DNA of 63,875 nt, counting the filler, from Collodictyon triciliatum (Eukaryota), in assembly GCA_043381765.1 (NCBI GenBank). It is 7 parts of 7 records of this genome, joined end to end, with 100 filler letters (N's around TTAATTAATTAA, not from the genome) between each part and the next. Parts side by side here need not be neighbours in the genome. Positions count along the whole stretch, not along the records: positions 56,021 to 60,255 come from JBHJMP010002529.1; positions 60,356 to 63,875 come from JBHJMP010002551.1; 5 more parts are not named here. One strand, given 5' to 3'. The position numbers and the translations under genes are program-made. The number at the start of each line of letters is the position of its first letter. Position 1 is the first letter of the stretch. The notes beneath the pieces were generated by a model. It did no database searches. It saw only the letters and a list, made by a program, of their open reading frames with translations, and was not told the origin of the DNA. Shown piece after piece: positions 56,021 through 63,875 of the stretch.

Positions 56021-56292
56021 AGGACCGATTCAGAGCATCGATTGCGCTGCTCAAGCGAGCGCGCCCAGTTGTCTCTCCAAACGGCGGCTTTCTGGAGCAG
56101 CTGAGTCTGTACAACAGTCTTCTGCAGCTGGAGTCGTATCAGCCGCTCTATCCCAAGCGACGCTGGGACGCCTGCGCTTTGCCGACACTGGATGCGCCGG
56201 AATCCTCGGCCGATGGGCTGCAGTTCGCGATGACGGAAGACTCTGGCGAGGCAAAGGCAGACCCTGTGGCGAACGACACACGCAAGGACTGA
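56021..56292 (+). CDS. C-terminal part of a dual-specificity protein phosphatase (absent from the ORF track)
   Basis: Translation DRFRASIALLKRARPVVSPNGGFLEQLSLYNSLL...RKD* contains the DSP C-terminal motif R-P-x-x-x-P-N-x-G-F-x-x-Q-L. Confidence 0.85.
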
Positions 56293-56849
56293 AGAGTCCG
56301 TCTCTGTGCTTTGCTTTTTCTTTTTCTTTTGTTTTCTTTTCTTTCTTTCTATTTTTTTCTATTCTTTTTCTATTTTTTTTTTTGGCATTGCGCATCAATC
56401 TATACAATCATTCCCCTATTTCTTCTCCTTCCTCTCCTTCGTCTGATTTTCGACTCTTCCGTTTTATGATTTCGTTTGGATGTTGAAGTATTCTTATTGT
56501 CGAGCATATTTTAATATCGCATCACCTTTCCTTTTTCCATGTTCTCTCGCTCGTTTGATTTGTTTTCAGAAATTGGAAATAAAAAATAACGAGAAAAAAA
56601 AATAAAAACATTGATAATAGGCTTTTGTTTGTCTGTCTGCTTTTATTTTCTTTTTCTTTCTTTTTCTTTTTCTTTTTCTTTTCTTTTTTTCTTTTCTTTT
56701 TCTTCTTTTCCTTTATCTCTTTCTTTTTCCTTTTTTCTTTTTTCTTTCTCTACTAAGCATCTCGGTGTGATTCCAAAATAAACCAATTGTTCATCTGCCT
56801 GGAATGTCTGTGTTTGCTTACCGGCTTGCGTGCAGGAACCAAAGAAGCG

Positions 56850-59755
<2,906 letters not shown>

Positions 59756-60159
59756 CGAAGCTGCCTAGAAATGTCACATATCATAACCTAAAGTTGTTTT
59801 TTTTTCTCCTCCCTCTTGCGCAAATAACGAAATCGTAACATGGCCTCACTCCTGCGCTACTTCGTAAAGCTCCTGGTCTTCATTTCAGCCGGCCAAAAGA
59901 AAATGTCACATTGAAAAAACGAAAATAAAAAGAAGATAAATAGAAGTGAGAAGGAGAAAAAAAAGAAGAAAACATATACACATAACCGCTTTTTCAAACT
60001 CGCCCTCTTTTGATGTAGCGCATACGAACATATATAAATACTGTATCAAGGCTCATTAAATCGCAGAGTTTTAACATATAGAAAATAATTTTTTTGTTCA
60101 TCGGAGCATTCTGTCAAACAAATCCAAAATGTTGGCTCCGATTCGGTTCATTCACAATC

Positions 60160-60255
<96 letters not shown>

Positions 60256-60355
60256 NNNNNNNNNNNNNNNNNNNNNNNNNNNNNNNNNNNNNNNNNNNNT
60301 TAATTAATTAANNNNNNNNNNNNNNNNNNNNNNNNNNNNNNNNNNNNNNNNNNNN
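60256..60355. other. Artificial scaffold linker
   Basis: Same structure. Confidence 0.97.
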
Positions 60356-62484
60356 CTCATTTCACCATGGAATCTTCCCTTGTATCTTCTCACTTGGAAA
60401 ATTGCACCGGCTATCTGCGGTAAACTATTGTTAAAAAAAAAAAAGAGCAACTTTTGTCCGATTATTAACATCTATTTTTTTGAATGATACATTCATACAT
60501 CAACCCAAAGCCATGATACAACTATTTCAATATTTCTTATATATTCATGTACATGATATAGTTGGAAACACCGTAGTATGTAAACCATCTGAATTCACCT
60601 CACACACTGCTTACATGCTTTGCGAGATTCTCAACGAGGCTGGCATTCCTCATGGTGTTGTCAATATGGTCTTTGGTTTCGGGCACAAAGTAGGCCAGGC
60701 TATAGTTACCCACCCTGAGGTTTGATTGTATTATAGTGACTGATTTACAAAACATATGAAATGAATTTTATCATATGCGTATTTTTTTTTGTTAACTTAT
60801 TTCTCAGGGGGGAAAAAATAAGAAGAAAGAGTGGGTCTAAAAAACAATTCACATGAATCAATCATCCTCCTTTTTATGTAAAAAAAATCTCAAAAGTTTT
60901 ACACAGCAGCCGTTTATGGATTTAAAATGCGAAAGATTTGGTCTTTGCTTTTATAATTTCATGGTGACTCTCTTCACACTCGCAGATTCCTTTGATATCA
61001 TTCACCGGAGGCACGGCCACAGCAGAGCACATCATTCGTTCGTCTGCACCTTTCTACAAAAAAATATCATTGGAGCTTGGTGGAAAGAACCCTCTGATAG
61101 TCTTTGCTGATGCAAACATGCAACTCTGCATTCCAACCACCGTGCGTGCGTGTTTCTCCAACCAAGGAGAAATTTGCCTGTGTGCATCCCGTATCCTCGT
61201 GCATGAGTCCATCATAGATGACTTTGTCGAAAGGTTTGTGCAAGAGACACGGAAGCTTAAAGTGGGAGACCCCAGGATGCCAGACACGAACCTAGGCCCG
61301 CTCGTCAGCAAACAGCACTTTGACAAGGTGCGAAGTTACGTCGGGATTGCCCAACAGGAAGGTGGAAAGATAGCAACTGGAGGCGATTGTCCGCAACTTG
61401 AAGGCGACCTATCCGAAGGCTACTTTTTAAATCCTACTATGTACATTTTCCATAAGCAAACGACCTTAAAATCATTCAGATTCTTTCATCACAGTCTCTC
61501 AATTATATAGCCTTTGTTTAAAAAAAAAAAGAGAAAGAGATAGAAAAAATATCAGACTTGTAAGTAATCCACGGAAAAATAAGGAAATGAAGAATGGAAT
61601 AGTGGCTTCACCTAAATTAATCTAAATTTACCATTATCTAACATATGCTTTTTTTCATACCAAAGCATTACTGGATTAAGCCCCAGCAGCCGAGCTATGC
61701 AAGAGGAAATTTTCGGTATGATAAGAATAACATAATATCTTGATATACAATTATGTATATTTGTGGGATGCATAATTTTTCACATTAATAAAATCCTGTG
61801 CATATACCATTCATCGGTTTAAGAAACCCCATTATGATGGGAGACCAATGGTGATTAATCATTTGAGGCACAAAATTTAGGTCCTATTGTATGTGTTGTT
61901 CCATTCAAGAATGAGACTGAAGCCATTGAAATTGCAAATGGAGTCAAGTATGGATTAGCCGCATCCATCTGGACAGAGTCTGTCAGTCGAGCTCACCGAG
62001 TTTCTCGCAAGATACAGGTAAATCATTGCTTATATACATAAAAAAATTCAGAATGATGTCCCAGTTTCAAGTATTGAGTCGATGAATAAAATCGTTTCTT
62101 TTTTTTTCAAAAAAAAAAGGCAGGGACAATATGGTAACTTTTTATTAAAATAAGAGCTCATGTTTGAATAGATTAGATTAAATGTCAAGATATTGTATAT
62201 TACAAGCAATTTTTTTTAAAAAAAAAATAAACGTTTATTATATGAAATAAGGGAATATATCTCTCATGATGTTCTTGACTCATGTATCGAATATTGATTC
62301 CAGTGTCTGTAATATGAATTTTATTATATTTCTAATGTCCAGGGTGAATTGTTGGATGGTGCGAGACTTGCACGTTCCATTTGGTGGGATGAAGGCCTCA
62401 GGGGTCGGTCGAGAGGGTGGTGACTACTCTATAGAGTTCTACACTGAGCAAAAGAATATCTGCATTGGAATTCATCCGGAATAA
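60356..62484 (+). CDS. ALDH8A1: 2-aminomuconic semialdehyde dehydrogenase (ALDH family 8); 5'-truncated
   Basis: [87 protein letters not shown]. Confidence 0.92.
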
Positions 62485-63290
62485 ACCCTGGGATTGAAAG
62501 AAATCAAATTAATCATCTCTGGCATTGAATCAAGCAAAATGAATAGAATATTTATTTTTCGGTCCATTCTTCATTAACTATTAAAAGGAAAGTTTAACCA
62601 CGCGATTCACATTTGTAGAATGAGGCTTTGTGTGTAATTTAGAGATTGTACATTCATATTTGACTTTAAAAATAAAAGAATATCGCTCGTATACATATTT
62701 ACACAAAGATGATTTTTAGAAAGAGAAAATAATTATTTCCATGAGGCTTTTCTAGAGTTTTTGATGTATAGAACTCACTTCTTGTCAAAACTCATACCCA
62801 AACCTGCCTGATGCATCAAAGGAAATAGTGACGAACCCGCCTGCACGAAATACGGAAAAGTTAAATTAACATTTTATTTTACTTATTTTATTTTGTATTA
62901 TATTATATTTTGCTCTTTTAACATAAACACGGCCGCTGTCATGTGCTTTTCAAGAAATTTTCTTTTCGTAAGGCTACATAAACTTTTTTCAAAACATTCC
63001 TCATGTAATTTATGCTTATCGATATAAAGTCATCACAATACATTGAATATGCGGCCTTCTTTGGAGACTCTTTTTTATTTTTTTCCTTTATTCGATTCAA
63101 AGTATTGGAGACTCCAACTATATTTATTTCTTGTTTTCACTGTAACAGCTTCCAATAAATTAATCTAGTAGAAACAGCATAACTTTAGTACATAAATCTT
63201 CTCAATTATACAAATAATTTTATGTAAAAAGAAAAAAGTGATTTATTTCTTTGATAGACCGCATCCGTTNNNNNNNNNNNNNNNNNNNNN

Positions 63291-63581
63291 TATTTCTGCG
63301 TGGGTCGGTCTGAACGGCTTCAGCTCCTCACGAAGGAGTTGCGGCCACACATCCAGTGGTAGTTGGTAGAGCACCATGGAGGTCTCTGTTGGTTTACTTC
63401 TAGCGAAGCTGATTATAATATCGCTCAAACTTACCTGCTTCAGCTCCAGAAGCTTTTGGGTGTTTTCTGCAGTGTGGAAGGCAATCAGGCCAAGGCCTTC
63501 GCTGTCCGGTAAGCGCAGTTGGATGGACTCTTCCCAAAGTTTGTTCGCTTTCAAGAAGGAGGCGAGCGCATCGGTGAGTCT
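63291..63581 (-). CDS. Open, GC-rich coding-like fragment next to a gap; possibly a non-LTR retrotransposon ORF1-like remnant
   Basis: LTDALASFLKANKLWEESIQLRLPDSEGLGLIAFHTAENTQKLLELKQV...MVLYQLPLDVWPQLLREELKPF has an RRM-like pattern. Family assignment is weak. Confidence 0.3.
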
Positions 63582-63776
63582 GCGGGCATTTTTTTAACTT
63601 GCGAAAGTCTTAGATTTTAAGCGCCATAGCTCTGAGCCTTGGATGCGGCTTCTTTTCCGTAGCAAGGAAATCAGAATTGGAATTATCGTTGTGTCACGAA
63701 AGATTAATTGTGTCTCCCACCTTTTCGATTTTGATTAATCCACGCCCATAACCAGTAGGAAGGGCACGTTTGTATG

Positions 63777-63875
63777 AGACACAAAAGACACAAAAGACAC
63801 AAAAGACACAAAAGACACAAAAGACACAAAAGACACAAAAGACACAAAAGACACAAAAGACACAAAAGACACAAA
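63777..63875. repeat. (GACACAAAA)n 9-mer tandem repeat
   Basis: Read directly from the sequence. Confidence 0.95.

Overview
Intron-rich, AT-rich, microsatellite-dense eukaryotic DNA, most likely from a flagellated protist (inferred from CDK20/LF2, a CEP104-like TOG protein and a multi-DCX protein). It uses the standard genetic code. The window is not one locus. Seven scaffolds are joined by artificial N44-TTAATTAATTAA-N44 linkers, so only adjacency within a scaffold is meaningful. Recognisable genes: a TOG protein, an ankyrin-LRR-multi-DCX-ZZ protein, a protein with five tandem PBZ-like zinc fingers, a P2C-like (Na/K-type) P-type ATPase, a RhoGAP, an LRR-TKL kinase-SAM protein, PARN, a repetitive coiled-coil protein, CRIPT, a secreted DUF302-like protein, a GT4 glycosyltransferase 3' end, GID4, a 2,4-dienoyl-CoA reductase, a decayed LRR pseudogene, a dual-specificity phosphatase 3' end, CDK20 and ALDH8A1. 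Best leads: (1) the 5xPBZ protein with an unassigned, possibly ADP-ribosyltransferase-like N-terminal domain; (2) the P-type ATPase with altered ion-binding residues (PQGL for PEGL); (3) the ANK-LRR-5xDCX-ZZ architecture; (4) relaxed splicing signals (GC-AG introns, frequent AAG acceptors without a pyrimidine tract, 14-nt micro-exons); (5) the intron-containing, bacterial-type DUF302 gene. Gene models were spliced by eye and family calls come from motif recognition, not database searches.
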